From NCBI GenBank assembly GCA_009377845.1, contig WHTE01000001.1:1-62452 (forward strand): a stretch of DNA of 62,452 nt, read 5' to 3'. The notes beneath the pieces are model-generated. The model ran no database searches, was not told where the DNA came from, and saw only the letters and a program-made list of their open reading frames with translations. A program made the position numbers and the translations under genes. The DNA comes from Nitrospirales bacterium. Its GTDB lineage: Bacteria > Nitrospirota > Nitrospiria > Nitrospirales > UBA8639. How positions within the stretch are numbered: the first letter of the stretch is position 1; the number at the start of each line of letters is the position of its first letter. This document shows, piece by piece, positions 27,612 through 37,990 of this stretch.

Positions 27612-28547
27612 TCATTCCAAGTTTTTCAGTTTTCCGGCTTTGTCAACCAAGATCCCTTCGCGAAGGCCGAAGTCGCTGACGCGGCATGTGTCGAAGCCGA
27701 AGGTTTCCATGACTCTTCGTAGAATCACGGTGCCTGCCACGATGACATATTCCCGCCCGGGTTCGAGGCCTCGCATGGCCAATCGCTGCGGACCGATTTT
27801 GGTGGTGAGATCCTCCTCCAGCCGTTTGATTGTCGGCAAGGTTAACTCATAATTGTGGACCCGTGCAGACACATACCTGGGGAGCCCTTGGGCCATGGCT
27901 GCGAGAGTGGTAATCGTGCCTGCCGTACCCACGAGTGGGATTCGTGGCATGGGCCCGAAAGCCTTTGACGCTTTCGCCAGTTCCTGATCAATAGAGGCTT
28001 CCGCCTCATGAATTTCTTGTGCCGTGGGAGGATCGTGGTGAAACGCCCGCTCCAATAACCGTACAACCCCCAGATCCAATGAAATGACAGCTGGAGCCTT
28101 GCCTTCTTGAGCCAGGATACACTCGGTACTGCCTCCACCAATATCCAATCCTAAAAAATCGGTAATGGCGGGAGGCAGCCCAAAGCGAAGCCCCAACAAG
28201 GTTCGCCGGGCTTCTTCATCTCCCGTTAAGGCCTCTACTTCCCACCCGGTTTCTTGTGTAATTCGAGCGAGAAAGTCTTGTCGATTGTCCGATTCACGGA
28301 CGGCGCTGGTTGCTACAACCACCGTCGCGTTGAGCGGATACTGCGATGTTTTTTCTTTCCAATCTTTGAGAGTGGCCACGACACGATCCATCGCAGCTTG
28401 TGATAACCGTTTGTGCTGGTCCACCCCTTCCCCGAGCCGGAGGATCCGCCGGTCGGCATCCACCACCTTGAATCCATCGGGTGGGTTCACTTCCGCAACC
28501 AACAAGCGACAGGTCAATGTGCCAATGTCAATTCCTGCGAGTAACAT
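27612..28547 (-). CDS. ppx: Ppx/GppA exopolyphosphatase
   Basis: GIDIGTLTCRLL, ATSAVRE, GDEEA, DIGGGSTE, GLREG. Confidence 0.92.
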   Translation of the reverse strand: MLLAGIDIGTLTCRLLVAEVNPPDGFKVVDADRRILRLGEGVDQHKRLSQAAMDRVVATLKDWKEKTSQYPLNATVVVATSAVRESDNRQDFLARITQETGWEVEALTGDEEARRTLLGLRFGLPPAITDFLGLDIGGGSTECILAQEGKAPAVISLDLGVVRLLERAFHHDPPTAQEIHEAEASIDQELAKASKAFGPMPRIPLVGTAGTITTLAAMAQGLPRYVSARVHNYELTLPTIKRLEEDLTTKIGPQRLAMRGLEPGREYVIVAGTVILRRVMETFGFDTCRVSDFGLREGILVDKAGKLKNLE

Positions 28548-28791
28548 GTTTTCTCTGCTCCTGATGTTGACGTGCGCCTATTAAATGCTCCCTTACCTCA
28601 TTATTCGCCAAGGTTTGGAGAGGACTGAAGGGGTCATGGTGACAGCCATTCCTGATAATCCGTTAAACTCCGGGGTATTGAAATTTTTCTGACTTCTTTT
28701 CCCATCAAAGATTTCTGTGTTAGGATTTTAAGCGGTTTTGTATCTCATCACTGATGGGCTATGGGCCCGTAACTTACAAAAGGAGAGAAGG

Positions 28792-29064
28792 ATGGCGCAA
28801 ATTCATTGCCGCAAATGCGATAAAGATGCGGAAGCGATCACGGACAACCTGTTTATGGGAAAGCTGGAAGAAGAGATTAAGCAGAAAGTCTGCCAGACCT
28901 GCTGGAATGAGTGGGCTGGCCCAGGTGGGACGAAAACGATGGTGATTAACGAGTACCAGTTGAATTTAGGAGATGAAAATGCCCGGCAAACACTGAAGAC
29001 TCAGATGCGGACATTTTTGAAATTGGATGACACCACCGGCGAATTTAAAGATTATCGCCATTAA
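28792..29064 (+). CDS. YggX-like Fe(II)-trafficking / oxidative damage protection protein
   Basis: RBS AAGGAG; IxQKVCQTCWNEW...TMVINEYQLNL...R..L..QMRTFL. Confidence 0.8.
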   Translation: MAQIHCRKCDKDAEAITDNLFMGKLEEEIKQKVCQTCWNEWAGPGGTKTMVINEYQLNLGDENARQTLKTQMRTFLKLDDTTGEFKDYRH

Positions 29065-29292
29065 TCCATCGATGCCCTCTTCCGATTCTTCAGGGTTTTG
29101 ATTGATCCATCTTCCACACGGCTGAGGCCTCCAGGCTTTTTGGTTGAGCGGGACATGATTTATTATCCGACATTTATCAATCGGGGGATTTTGGGTTGCT
29201 CGCTCGTTGGTTATTTTGCCGGAAAAAGAATCATCTCATTTCCCAGGGGAGTTCCCCTTGAAGGATCAGCCATTGCACGGTAGGATCAATGT

Positions 29293-29853
29293 ATGACTAC
29301 ACCTCTCGGAAAAGGGGTCTTCCTGATCGCCACCCCGGCTTTGCGCGATCCCAACTTTCGTCAAACGGTCGTGCTGCTGTGTGAACATGGGCCGGAAGGA
29401 GCGTTAGGTGTTGTCGTGAATCGTCCGACGGAGATGAATATTGCCGAAGTCCTTCCCCAAGTTCCGGTGCTAGAGGGCCAGGGGCATCGCGTGTATGCCG
29501 GGGGGCCTGTCCAAACAAACAGCTTGCTCGTGTTGTACCGTCTCAATGAAGAGATCGAAGATGCGCATGCGGTGCTCGATGGGGTCTATCTCGGCGGGAA
29601 TATGGATACGCTCGAACGCATCCTTGAGCTTCCCGGTGAACAAGAATCGTTTCGGGCGTACATGGGCTATTCGGGCTGGGGGCCCGGCCAACTGGAAACG
29701 GAAATGGAAAGTGGATCCTGGTTAATTATGCCTGCCCGATCCCACCTGGTCTTCGACGGGGATTCCTCCCATTTATGGGGCGAGGTTATTCGAACTTTTG
29801 GAGATGAATATAAAGTGTACGCCCACATGCCCCTAGATCCCAATCTCAATTAA
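29293..29853 (+). CDS. YqgE/AlgH family protein
   Basis: FLIATPALRDPNFRQTVVLLCEH, GGPV, GYSGWGPGQLETE. Confidence 0.92.
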   Translation: MTTPLGKGVFLIATPALRDPNFRQTVVLLCEHGPEGALGVVVNRPTEMNIAEVLPQVPVLEGQGHRVYAGGPVQTNSLLVLYRLNEEIEDAHAVLDGVYLGGNMDTLERILELPGEQESFRAYMGYSGWGPGQLETEMESGSWLIMPARSHLVFDGDSSHLWGEVIRTFGDEYKVYAHMPLDPNLN

Positions 29854-30021
29854 AGACTTCTTCGGCATCCCGGCTATCCTCAGTCGCCTTCCAACTGCTT
29901 TACAGGTGATTAATCAGCGTCCTCCCTTCAAGGGTTCAACATCCGGAATTGGCTAAAACCGATCCATTCCATCTCTACTCTCAACAAGACCTAAGCGCAT
30001 TTCTTTGATAAGGTCTGGTGT

Positions 30022-31305
30022 ATGACCGCACAGACCAAGCCAGGCCATTGGCTCAGAAATTTCTTCATCCTCCTCGTCAGTCCCAAAATGCTGGTCATGC
30101 TGTTGACCGGTTTCTCTTCCGGCCTTCCCCTCCTGCTCACCGGTTCTACTCTCAAATTTTGGATGCGGGAAGAAGGTCTCGATTTAACGACAATCGGGTT
30201 CTTCGGATTGGTCGGTCTCCCCTACACCCTGAAATTTCTTTGGGCTCCAGTGATGGACCGCCTCGTTCCGTCTTTTTTAGGAAGACGCCGGGGATGGATG
30301 CTCGGCACTCAAATTTCATTGATGATCGCCATTGCATCCCTCGCCTTCACGCAACCGGCCGTTCATTTACCGGCCATCGCCGTGCTGTGCCTGCTGGTCG
30401 CGTTTTTTAGTGCCAGCCAGGACATCGTGCTGGACGCATATCGCCGGGAATCTCTCTCTGACGAGGAACTGGGCATTGGATCCGCCATGTTTATTTATGG
30501 CTATCGCATGGGAATGCTGGCCGCTGGAGCGTTGGCATTGTTCCTTGCCGATCAGGACAGCCTTTCTTGGAATGCCGTCTACTTCATCATGGGTGCCATG
30601 ATGGTCATTGGCATTCTCACGACGTGGTTTGCCCCGGAACCCGCCATTCCGGCTCCGCCGCCTGCTTCCTGGCAGGAAGCGATCATGGGTCCCTTTATGG
30701 ACTTTTTTAGCCGTCCGGGTTCTCTCACGATTCTTCTGTTTATCCTGTTGTATAAGGTCGGCGATAGCATGGCTTCAGAAATGCTCTCCCCCTTCATGGT
30801 GGATCTTGGCGTATCAAAAACCGACTACGCGGTGATTGTCAAAGTCTTCGGAATGGTTGCGTTGATTGCCGGGGGACTGATTGGGGGTCTGGCAGTCTAT
30901 CGCCTGGGGATCGTTCCCTCCCTTCTGATTTTAGGTTTCTTGCAAATGATTTCGACAGCGGGATTTGTGATTCTCGCCTTTACCGGCAATCACCTCCCGA
31001 CCCTCACCGCCGTCATTGCCTTTGAAACCATTTCGAGTGGGCTCGGACAAACCGCGTTCGTCGCATTTATGGCCAGCCTCACCAATAAGCGATTTACCGC
31101 GACGCAATATGCCTTGCTGACCAGCTTCATGGGAATTCCACGCGTCTTTGCCGGCTCCACTACGGGATTCTTGGCTACCTGGTTGGGATGGGAAGGGTTT
31201 TTTATCCTCTGCACCCTGCTGGCCATTCCCGGTCTCATGCTGATTGGACAGCTTCGCCGACTGGCCCACGACCCCACGAAGCAAATCGTCACAACAAGGG
31301 CATGA
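30022..31305 (+). CDS. ampG: AmpG-family muropeptide MFS permease
   Basis: GFSSGLP, KFLWAP..D, GRRRGW, SASQDIVLDAYR, TATQYALL. Confidence 0.92.
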   Translation: MTAQTKPGHWLRNFFILLVSPKMLVMLLTGFSSGLPLLLTGSTLKFWMREEGLDLTTIGFFGLVGLPYTLKFLWAPVMDRLVPSFLGRRRGWMLGTQISLMIAIASLAFTQPAVHLPAIAVLCLLVAFFSASQDIVLDAYRRESLSDEELGIGSAMFIYGYRMGMLAAGALALFLADQDSLSWNAVYFIMGAMMVIGILTTWFAPEPAIPAPPPASWQEAIMGPFMDFFSRPGSLTILLFILLYKVGDSMASEMLSPFMVDLGVSKTDYAVIVKVFGMVALIAGGLIGGLAVYRLGIVPSLLILGFLQMISTAGFVILAFTGNHLPTLTAVIAFETISSGLGQTAFVAFMASLTNKRFTATQYALLTSFMGIPRVFAGSTTGFLATWLGWEGFFILCTLLAIPGLMLIGQLRRLAHDPTKQIVTTRA

Positions 31306-31418
31306 CGTTTTTGAGATGGTCACTGTAAATCTCCCTTTCCCGGATTCGGGCGCCACGAGTGTGACGTGAATCAGGATTCACCTGATTAAGGAATCTCAAG
31401 GCTGGCGTTCTCTGATCG

Positions 31419-32219
31419 CTATTCGGGTTTCCTGGGAAACCAGGGGATAAACGCACTGGTGCTGCGTTGATAGTTCCGATAATCATCTCCACGGCTTGCC
31501 ACAGCCTGAGCCTCAGCCAAAGGTACGCCCGTGATCCATAATAAGGCACTCATCATGAAAAGAGGCCAGACGACGGCCATCCACGACCAGGGCAGGCCGA
31601 CTGCCATCGGAACATACGCCCACCAATGCACGCTTTCAAAAAAATAATTTGGATGTCGGGAGTACCGCCAGAGTCCAGTCCGTAATGTCTTTCCTTTATT
31701 CATGACTTTGGACCGGAACACTTCCAGCTGACGATCCGCAATGGCTTCTCCGCTGACCGCCAGAATATATAGACCCACACCGATCCCATCCCACCATCGG
31801 AGACCAGGGTGAGGATGACTCATGATCCAGCATAAAAGCCCGGTAAAAAATATACAGGCAGGAACTTGCAATTGAAAATAGAGGAATAGGCCGATCTGCT
31901 CCCACCGTCCCAGAAGCTGCCGGACTTTCCGATAGCGGGCATCTTCAGAATGATTCCAGACTCGATGAATGAATACATGGCCGCCAAGTCGAATGGCGTA
32001 CAGGCTGCCCATTCCCATGATGACTATTCGTCGAGTAACGTCGCCTTCGCTCGACAGACTACAGGCGAGGACCAGGATGAATAATCCTCCACAGAACCCT
32101 ACGTCAGCCAGGGATGCGTTTTCGAATCGAAGATGGAGAAGCCATAACACACCCAGCAGGCCCATCAGTCCCGGAAGCCAGATCCAGAAGTTCAGGAGGG
32201 AAAGTATTTCCCAGGGCAT
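31419..32219 (-). CDS. DUF1295 (steroid 5-alpha-reductase-like) membrane protein
   Basis: EDARY, EAIADRQL, GLWRYSRHPNYFFE, YQRSTSAFIPW. Confidence 0.88.
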   Translation of the reverse strand: MPWEILSLLNFWIWLPGLMGLLGVLWLLHLRFENASLADVGFCGGLFILVLACSLSSEGDVTRRIVIMGMGSLYAIRLGGHVFIHRVWNHSEDARYRKVRQLLGRWEQIGLFLYFQLQVPACIFFTGLLCWIMSHPHPGLRWWDGIGVGLYILAVSGEAIADRQLEVFRSKVMNKGKTLRTGLWRYSRHPNYFFESVHWWAYVPMAVGLPWSWMAVVWPLFMMSALLWITGVPLAEAQAVASRGDDYRNYQRSTSAFIPWFPRKPE

Positions 32220-32280
32220 ATGGTCTCTCGAAGAAATTCTGAGATAGAATCAGAAGTTGTGATGAAACGAATGATGGCGG

Positions 32281-35244
32281 TCAGTTGGCCGTCAAGGATA
32301 AGGGGCTCCTGACGATTCCCTCTCCCGACACCGGACTTAAATTTGGTTCCACTACAAACACCCGGTCGCCGGACACCTTACCCTCTTGGATCAAATAATC
32401 CCGAACGGCCTGGGCCCGTTCTTGAGCCAGAAGACGAAGCTGCTCGTCTTCCACCTGGATCGCTTCAACCAATTTGGATTGCATCTGCGCTATTGGCAGA
32501 AGACCAGGAGCTTTGCCTTCTGAAGAAGGAGGAGGGGTTTGGGGTTGAGTTCCAAACTTTTCAACATATAACTCTGAAAGCAACCGACGTTCCTCATCTG
32601 GATTCAGTTCAATCTGTTCGACAGAAACCCCTTTCATTTCAGAAGCAGAACCTTGAACAAATTTTCGCATTTGAAGTTGTTTCCGTAATTGCCCGACGGC
32701 CAATGCCTGTCGATCAGCCAGAGGATCTGCCGTACCGGTGATTTCCAGTCGCAAGGCAGGCCGATCATCGAGTGCTTGACCAATCACACGAAGTTTTTCC
32801 TGTTCATGAGAAGGCAATTGGGCTTCCCCCGTTGGAAAGGTGATATACTGCAAATCTTCTCCACTGACACCAAGCAATCCTCCAATCATGGCAAAAGGAG
32901 AGGTGGCGATTTTCGTCAGGAGATTTGCCAACGCGTTCCAGATGACCCTTCCATAACTAAAATCCGGATCGCCCAAATTGCCTCGAACCGGAAGATCAAT
33001 GTCAATTTGCCCTTTTCGATCTTTCAACAAAGCCAAAGCCAGGGGTATCGGCAACGACATGGCATCCGGACTATTCACCTTTTCACCCATCGCAATTTGA
33101 TCGATTAACACCTTATTTTCTCCTGCTAATGTCTTTTCAGAAATTTTATACGCCAGATCCAAAGAGAGCTTGCCTCTATTGATGGGATACCCGGCATATT
33201 TCCCCGAGTAAGGCGAGATGGTGGGAAGATCCAGATTTTTAAAAGTAAAAGCCAGATCCGTATAGGCATCTTCACTCAACGGATTGATTTGCCCGGCAAT
33301 TTTAAATGGAGCGTATTGATCCACCGTACCTTCTAAGGAGACATCGGCTTTCGCCAGTTGGTCCGAAGAGAGCCCTTTAATCGTGCCGGTCAGTCCCTCA
33401 ATTTGCGTCACCACATTGGGAGTAATCGATAAATCTGCAAACTGAGCTAGGAGATTGGTAATGATGACGAAACCTATTTTGACCGGAGTTGTTGTTTCTC
33501 CGGAAGATTCAGACTTTGGGGACTCCTCGCCTGATGAAGCCTCTTCTTGAGACTCCGATCCTGGTGGTGAAAACAACCGGTTCAGATTCATTCCTCCATC
33601 CGCATCAATCGAAAACACGACGGCAGGGTTCACCAGTTCAATTTCCTGCAGATTCACTGAGGTCGGTTCAACCTGAAGATCCAACTGTTTGAGTCCCAAC
33701 CTATTCCACTTGAGAAAAGTTTTGGTCTGCGTGGGATCTTCAAGGGCCAATTGGGATATTTTCATTCCACCCTGAAAAGTCACCATAGGGTGGGCAGAGG
33801 AGCCTTTCTGAAATTTGGTCTTTCCTTGAATGGTGAGCGCACCGCTTCCGAGACCAAATTGCGCAAACGGGGCGACATAGGGTTGAAACGGCTTAAGGGC
33901 GATATCGGTCAGCAACAAGTCCAGTTCAACGGTCAGGGGGTCAATCTCAAGAGTCCCCTGCAATTGGGCTTTTCCGGTTTGGTTTATCTGAAACGAGAGA
34001 TCGACAGGAAGCGGCCGATCCAAAGCCAAGGACACATCAGAAGTGTGAAAATGAAGCGTTTCCAATAACAGTGTGACGGGGTCTTCAGGTTGGCGATCCT
34101 CAAAATCAATGGTGAAGTTATCCAGTGCAAGATCCTCAATGACCACCTTCCAAGGATTGGTTGACGTGGAAGAAGGCTCTGGTGGTTTATCGGCGTGACT
34201 TCCAGTGTCCACTGGTAAAAACAGCGTTTGATAATTCACCACGCCATCTTTCCCGATCCATCCCGTAAAACGGGCATCCCGTCCCATCACAGTGGGAATG
34301 GTCACCTCCTGTTTAGGCACATCAACGGACACGTTGTTCACTTCAAACAATGGGAGTGTCACCACCGGTTCCGACGCGACTTTCTCCTGAATCTGTAAAT
34401 CTTGAACGGTCAGGGTACCCCCATCGACCAGCACAGCCACTCCCTGATCAGTCGTAGACAATTGATAGTGCGCGTTCACGGTCACCTGTCCTTGGGGAAT
34501 GCGAAATCGAAACTGATCCTGTACATAGTCCCAAAGTCTGGGCAATTGGTAATCTTCAAAAACCAAGCGGCCTTCGGACTGAAACGGCTCCAGCGTCACC
34601 GTTCCTTCCCAGCTCATTTTTTCACCTGCACTTCGCTCAGCCGACAGCGCATAGGAATTAGCCTGACCTTTCTGGGTACTAAAGTGTTCCAGCGTAAGAT
34701 TGATTGGCACGAGATGCGCCACAAACGGAGTCGGACGGGCATGATCGCGAAATTCCAGCAATCCCTGTTGAATCGCGAGCTGCGCAATCATCACAGGAGG
34801 CACCCCCCCGTCCTCTTCCTGAGCGGAAGGGGGAGGTTCGGCTTGATCCTCTGGAGTCGCCAAGGTCTGCACTAGATCCTGAAAATTCAGTGAGCCATCC
34901 TGGCGCACCACCGCCAATCCATAAGGAAGCCCCAATCGAATTTGTGCAAAGGTGTAGGCCCGGTTGACAAGGGAGGCACCCGGTTCGAAATCAATGAACA
35001 GTTCATCAAACCCCACCAAAGATGAGCCATCCTGTTCCTGAATATCAAATCCTTCCACCTGAAGCTTAAAAAGAAAAGGATTAAACCGGGCGTCTTTGAT
35101 CGAGACGGGCCGATGCAATTGTTCAGAAAGCCTGGGAGGAAGCTTCGTTTTGATCATCCAGGGAATCACCCAAAAACCAATCAAGGCGTACAGGACTACC
35201 AGTCCCAGAACAGTGAAGAGAATAATTTTGACCGTTTTCGTCAT
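32281..35244 (-). CDS. DUF748 repeat (AsmA-like) protein with an OmpA-like C-terminal region
   Basis: N-terminal anchor, FNPF, repeated beta-rich units, SPYSGKYAGY.I..GKL, ALLKDRKGQIDIDLPV.G...DPDF, LAQERAQAV. Confidence 0.82.
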   Translation of the reverse strand: MTKTVKIILFTVLGLVVLYALIGFWVIPWMIKTKLPPRLSEQLHRPVSIKDARFNPFLFKLQVEGFDIQEQDGSSLVGFDELFIDFEPGASLVNRAYTFAQIRLGLPYGLAVVRQDGSLNFQDLVQTLATPEDQAEPPPSAQEEDGGVPPVMIAQLAIQQGLLEFRDHARPTPFVAHLVPINLTLEHFSTQKGQANSYALSAERSAGEKMSWEGTVTLEPFQSEGRLVFEDYQLPRLWDYVQDQFRFRIPQGQVTVNAHYQLSTTDQGVAVLVDGGTLTVQDLQIQEKVASEPVVTLPLFEVNNVSVDVPKQEVTIPTVMGRDARFTGWIGKDGVVNYQTLFLPVDTGSHADKPPEPSSTSTNPWKVVIEDLALDNFTIDFEDRQPEDPVTLLLETLHFHTSDVSLALDRPLPVDLSFQINQTGKAQLQGTLEIDPLTVELDLLLTDIALKPFQPYVAPFAQFGLGSGALTIQGKTKFQKGSSAHPMVTFQGGMKISQLALEDPTQTKTFLKWNRLGLKQLDLQVEPTSVNLQEIELVNPAVVFSIDADGGMNLNRLFSPPGSESQEEASSGEESPKSESSGETTTPVKIGFVIITNLLAQFADLSITPNVVTQIEGLTGTIKGLSSDQLAKADVSLEGTVDQYAPFKIAGQINPLSEDAYTDLAFTFKNLDLPTISPYSGKYAGYPINRGKLSLDLAYKISEKTLAGENKVLIDQIAMGEKVNSPDAMSLPIPLALALLKDRKGQIDIDLPVRGNLGDPDFSYGRVIWNALANLLTKIATSPFAMIGGLLGVSGEDLQYITFPTGEAQLPSHEQEKLRVIGQALDDRPALRLEITGTADPLADRQALAVGQLRKQLQMRKFVQGSASEMKGVSVEQIELNPDEERRLLSELYVEKFGTQPQTPPPSSEGKAPGLLPIAQMQSKLVEAIQVEDEQLRLLAQERAQAVRDYLIQEGKVSGDRVFVVEPNLSPVSGEGIVRSPLSLTAN

Positions 35245-35550
35245 GAAAGGGAAAAGGGAGCGCTAAAAATGAGATTTACTCATTTGGTTCACGCCAAAGA
35301 CGCCTCGGACAACTCAACGTTGACCGGACCGTTTGACGCGTTGGTCTATGATAGCGGCCTGGATCAGTCAGAGCTAGCTTCATAGAGAGCAGAATGATGA
35401 TAACCCTCATCTCTCCTACCATCTGAAATGACCTGACTTAGAAAGATCTTAGCACCCAAATGCTTGATTGCCTGACGACAAAAGTTACGAAAATTCTGAC
35501 TTTTACCCCGATTACACCCTGGGTTGAGCCCTTGTGGACATTTTCTTGTC

Positions 35551-35580
35551 TTGACAGGGTTGGAGGTTGTTCACTATTGT
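35551..35580 (+). promoter_or_regulatory. Putative sigma70 promoter for ffh
   Basis: TTGACA, 18 nt, TATTGT; ends 45 nt upstream of the ffh ATG. Confidence 0.4.
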
Positions 35581-35625
35581 CTCGAGTTTGTTTAAAATGA
35601 CGTAATTACCATTGGGTCCCTTTTC

Positions 35626-37011
35626 ATGTTTACCACGCTGACAGAAAAAATCGAAAAAGTTTTCAAGCAGTTACGCGGCCAAGCCGTTCTGACTGAACAG
35701 AACATTACTGACGCACTGAAAGAGGTGCGTCTGGCCCTGCTGGAAGCGGACGTTAATTTTAAGATTGTTAAGGATTTTATTGAGAAAGTTCGGGAAAAAG
35801 CGGTCGGGCAGGAAGTTCTCAAAAGTCTGACCCCCGCCCATCAGGTGGTGAAAATCGTCTGGGAGGAGTTGCGAGACCTCCTTGGCCATGAACAAAGCGC
35901 CCTTCACCTATCATCTCACCCTCCTACCGTCATCATGATGGTCGGGTTGCAAGGGTCCGGGAAAACCACCACCACAGGGAAACTCGCCAATTATTTTAAA
36001 TCTGAAGGCAAGCGAGTCCTGTTAGTCGCTGCCGATCCTCGTCGCCCTGCCGCCGGAGATCAATTGGCGTCGTTAGGGACTGACCTGGATATTCCGGTCC
36101 ATCGTGGAACCAATGAGGGGCAACCCGGAGCCCAGGCCGTGCAAACCTGTCGAGATGGAGTCACCAGGGGACGAGAACACGGGTACGACGTGGTCATTCT
36201 GGATACCGGTGGACGACTGCACATCGATGAAGAATTGATGCAGGAACTGGTCGATATCAAAACAGGAGTCCAGCCACAGGAAGTCCTATTGATCGCTGAC
36301 TCCATGACCGGCCAGGAAGCCGTCTCCGTTGCCGAACGCTTTAATCAAACACTAGGTCTCACCGGCGTCATTTTGACTAAAGTCGAGGGTGATGCCCGCG
36401 GCGGGGCGGTACTATCGATCCGTGCGGCGACAGGGAAACCCATTAAATTTTTAGGCATCGGAGAAAAACTTGATGCCTTAGAACCCTTTTATCCCGACCG
36501 CATGGCCTCCCGCATTTTGGGCATGGGCGATATGCTCACCCTGATTGAAAAAGCACAGGAGAACTTTTCGCAAGAACAAGCCCTGGCATTGCAAAAAAAG
36601 GTTTCGAGTAATACCCTGACTTTGGAAGATTTTCGTGATCAGATTAAACAGGTGAATAAGTTGGGGTCGTTCGATCAGATTTTGGACATGCTCCCAGGCG
36701 GACAAAAAATCAAAACCATGATGGGCTCGGCTACCGCTGAGAATGCCACCGTGCCCGAAAAAGAAATGAAACGGGTTGTCGCCATCATTGATTCGATGAC
36801 TCCGCGCGAAAGACGGGATCATACGATTTTAAATGGAAATCGGAAAAAGAGAGTGGCAAAAGGAAGCGGAACTTCTGTTCCAGAAGTCAACCGGTTGATT
36901 AAGCAATTTTTGGATGCCCGACGTATGATGAAATCGCTCGTCGGAGGACAAATGGGGATGGGTAAGGGGAAAAAGCGACGGAAGCTGATCCGGGCCATAC
37001 ATGCTCGGTAA
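35626..37011 (+). CDS. ffh: Signal recognition particle protein
   Basis: ALLEADVN, GLQGSGKTTT, DTGGR, DGDARGG-like EGDARGG, M domain IIDSMT...R..RVAKGSG. Confidence 0.97.
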   Translation: MFTTLTEKIEKVFKQLRGQAVLTEQNITDALKEVRLALLEADVNFKIVKDFIEKVREKAVGQEVLKSLTPAHQVVKIVWEELRDLLGHEQSALHLSSHPPTVIMMVGLQGSGKTTTTGKLANYFKSEGKRVLLVAADPRRPAAGDQLASLGTDLDIPVHRGTNEGQPGAQAVQTCRDGVTRGREHGYDVVILDTGGRLHIDEELMQELVDIKTGVQPQEVLLIADSMTGQEAVSVAERFNQTLGLTGVILTKVEGDARGGAVLSIRAATGKPIKFLGIGEKLDALEPFYPDRMASRILGMGDMLTLIEKAQENFSQEQALALQKKVSSNTLTLEDFRDQIKQVNKLGSFDQILDMLPGGQKIKTMMGSATAENATVPEKEMKRVVAIIDSMTPRERRDHTILNGNRKKRVAKGSGTSVPEVNRLIKQFLDARRMMKSLVGGQMGMGKGKKRRKLIRAIHAR

Positions 37012-37081
37012 CAGTTGAAGCCTCCAAGAGTTTTTTTATTCGTCCATTCACTTTTTAGCTATAAAGAAGAGGAGATTGCCA

Positions 37082-37360
37082 GTGGCAGTACATTTACGAC
37101 TTACACGAATGGGCCGGCATAAACGGCCGTTTTATCGAGTAGTGGCCACCGATGCCCGCATGCCGCGGGACGGTCGGTTCCTTGAGGTGATTGGGACCTA
37201 TGACCCTCTCAAGGAAAGTGACAAGGCTTCGTTTAAGGAAGACCGTGTGTTGGATTGGCTTCAGAAAGGGGCACAACCCACCGATTCGGTCAGGGGATTA
37301 TTACGAAAAACTGGCATTCTTAAAGCCTTTCGCGAATCCAAGCAATCCTCAGGAAAATAA
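37082..37360 (+). CDS. rpsP: 30S ribosomal protein S16
   Basis: LRLTRMGRHKRPFYRVV...RDGRFLEVIGTYDP...GAQPT; start GTG 37082 (TTG 37076 possible). Confidence 0.97.
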   Translation: MAVHLRLTRMGRHKRPFYRVVATDARMPRDGRFLEVIGTYDPLKESDKASFKEDRVLDWLQKGAQPTDSVRGLLRKTGILKAFRESKQSSGK

Positions 37361-37435
37361 TCTCCTGTTGTAAGGGAAGGTGAGAGATTTCGCCATGGTT
37401 CATCCTGCCACGAACCGCATCGAAATGAGACAGGT

Positions 37436-37990
37436 ATGTTGATCAACATGGGGATTCCTGAGCAATCGATTCCGTCCATGGTGGTCATTGGACGAATCCT
37501 TAAACCATTTGGTGTCCGCGGTGAAGTCCGGGTTGAATCGTTGACGGATGTTCCGGGACGGTTTGAAGGATTACAGACTGTGACGCTGGCCCTTCCGGAT
37601 GGAGGGAACGTGGAAACCATGGTGACCTCGGTTCGGCAGATCAATCAAGGGGTTATCTTAGGTTTTTCAGCGTTTTCGACGCCGGAAACTGCCGCCTCCT
37701 ACCGGGGAGCGTGGATCCAGATTCCGGTGAGCCAAAATCTTCCCCGTGACAAAGATACGTTTTATCAGTTTGAATTAATCGGCCTCCGGGTTGAAGATAC
37801 AGATGGTCAAACCATTGGAAGCATAGAAGAAGTGTTGGAATATCCCCAACATCATGTCCTAGTCATTCGAGACCAGGATCAGGAAGTACTCATCCCTGTA
37901 AGTCGACGGACCGTTGAAATGGTGGACTTACCACATAAGGTCTTGCGGTTAACCTCGCGTGAATGGTGGGATGTCACGTATGCGTTGTGA
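37436..37990 (+). CDS. rimM: Ribosome maturation factor RimM
   Basis: IGRILKPFGVRGEV, FYQFELIGL, EVLIP; canonical position. Confidence 0.93.
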   Translation: MLINMGIPEQSIPSMVVIGRILKPFGVRGEVRVESLTDVPGRFEGLQTVTLALPDGGNVETMVTSVRQINQGVILGFSAFSTPETAASYRGAWIQIPVSQNLPRDKDTFYQFELIGLRVEDTDGQTIGSIEEVLEYPQHHVLVIRDQDQEVLIPVSRRTVEMVDLPHKVLRLTSREWWDVTYAL

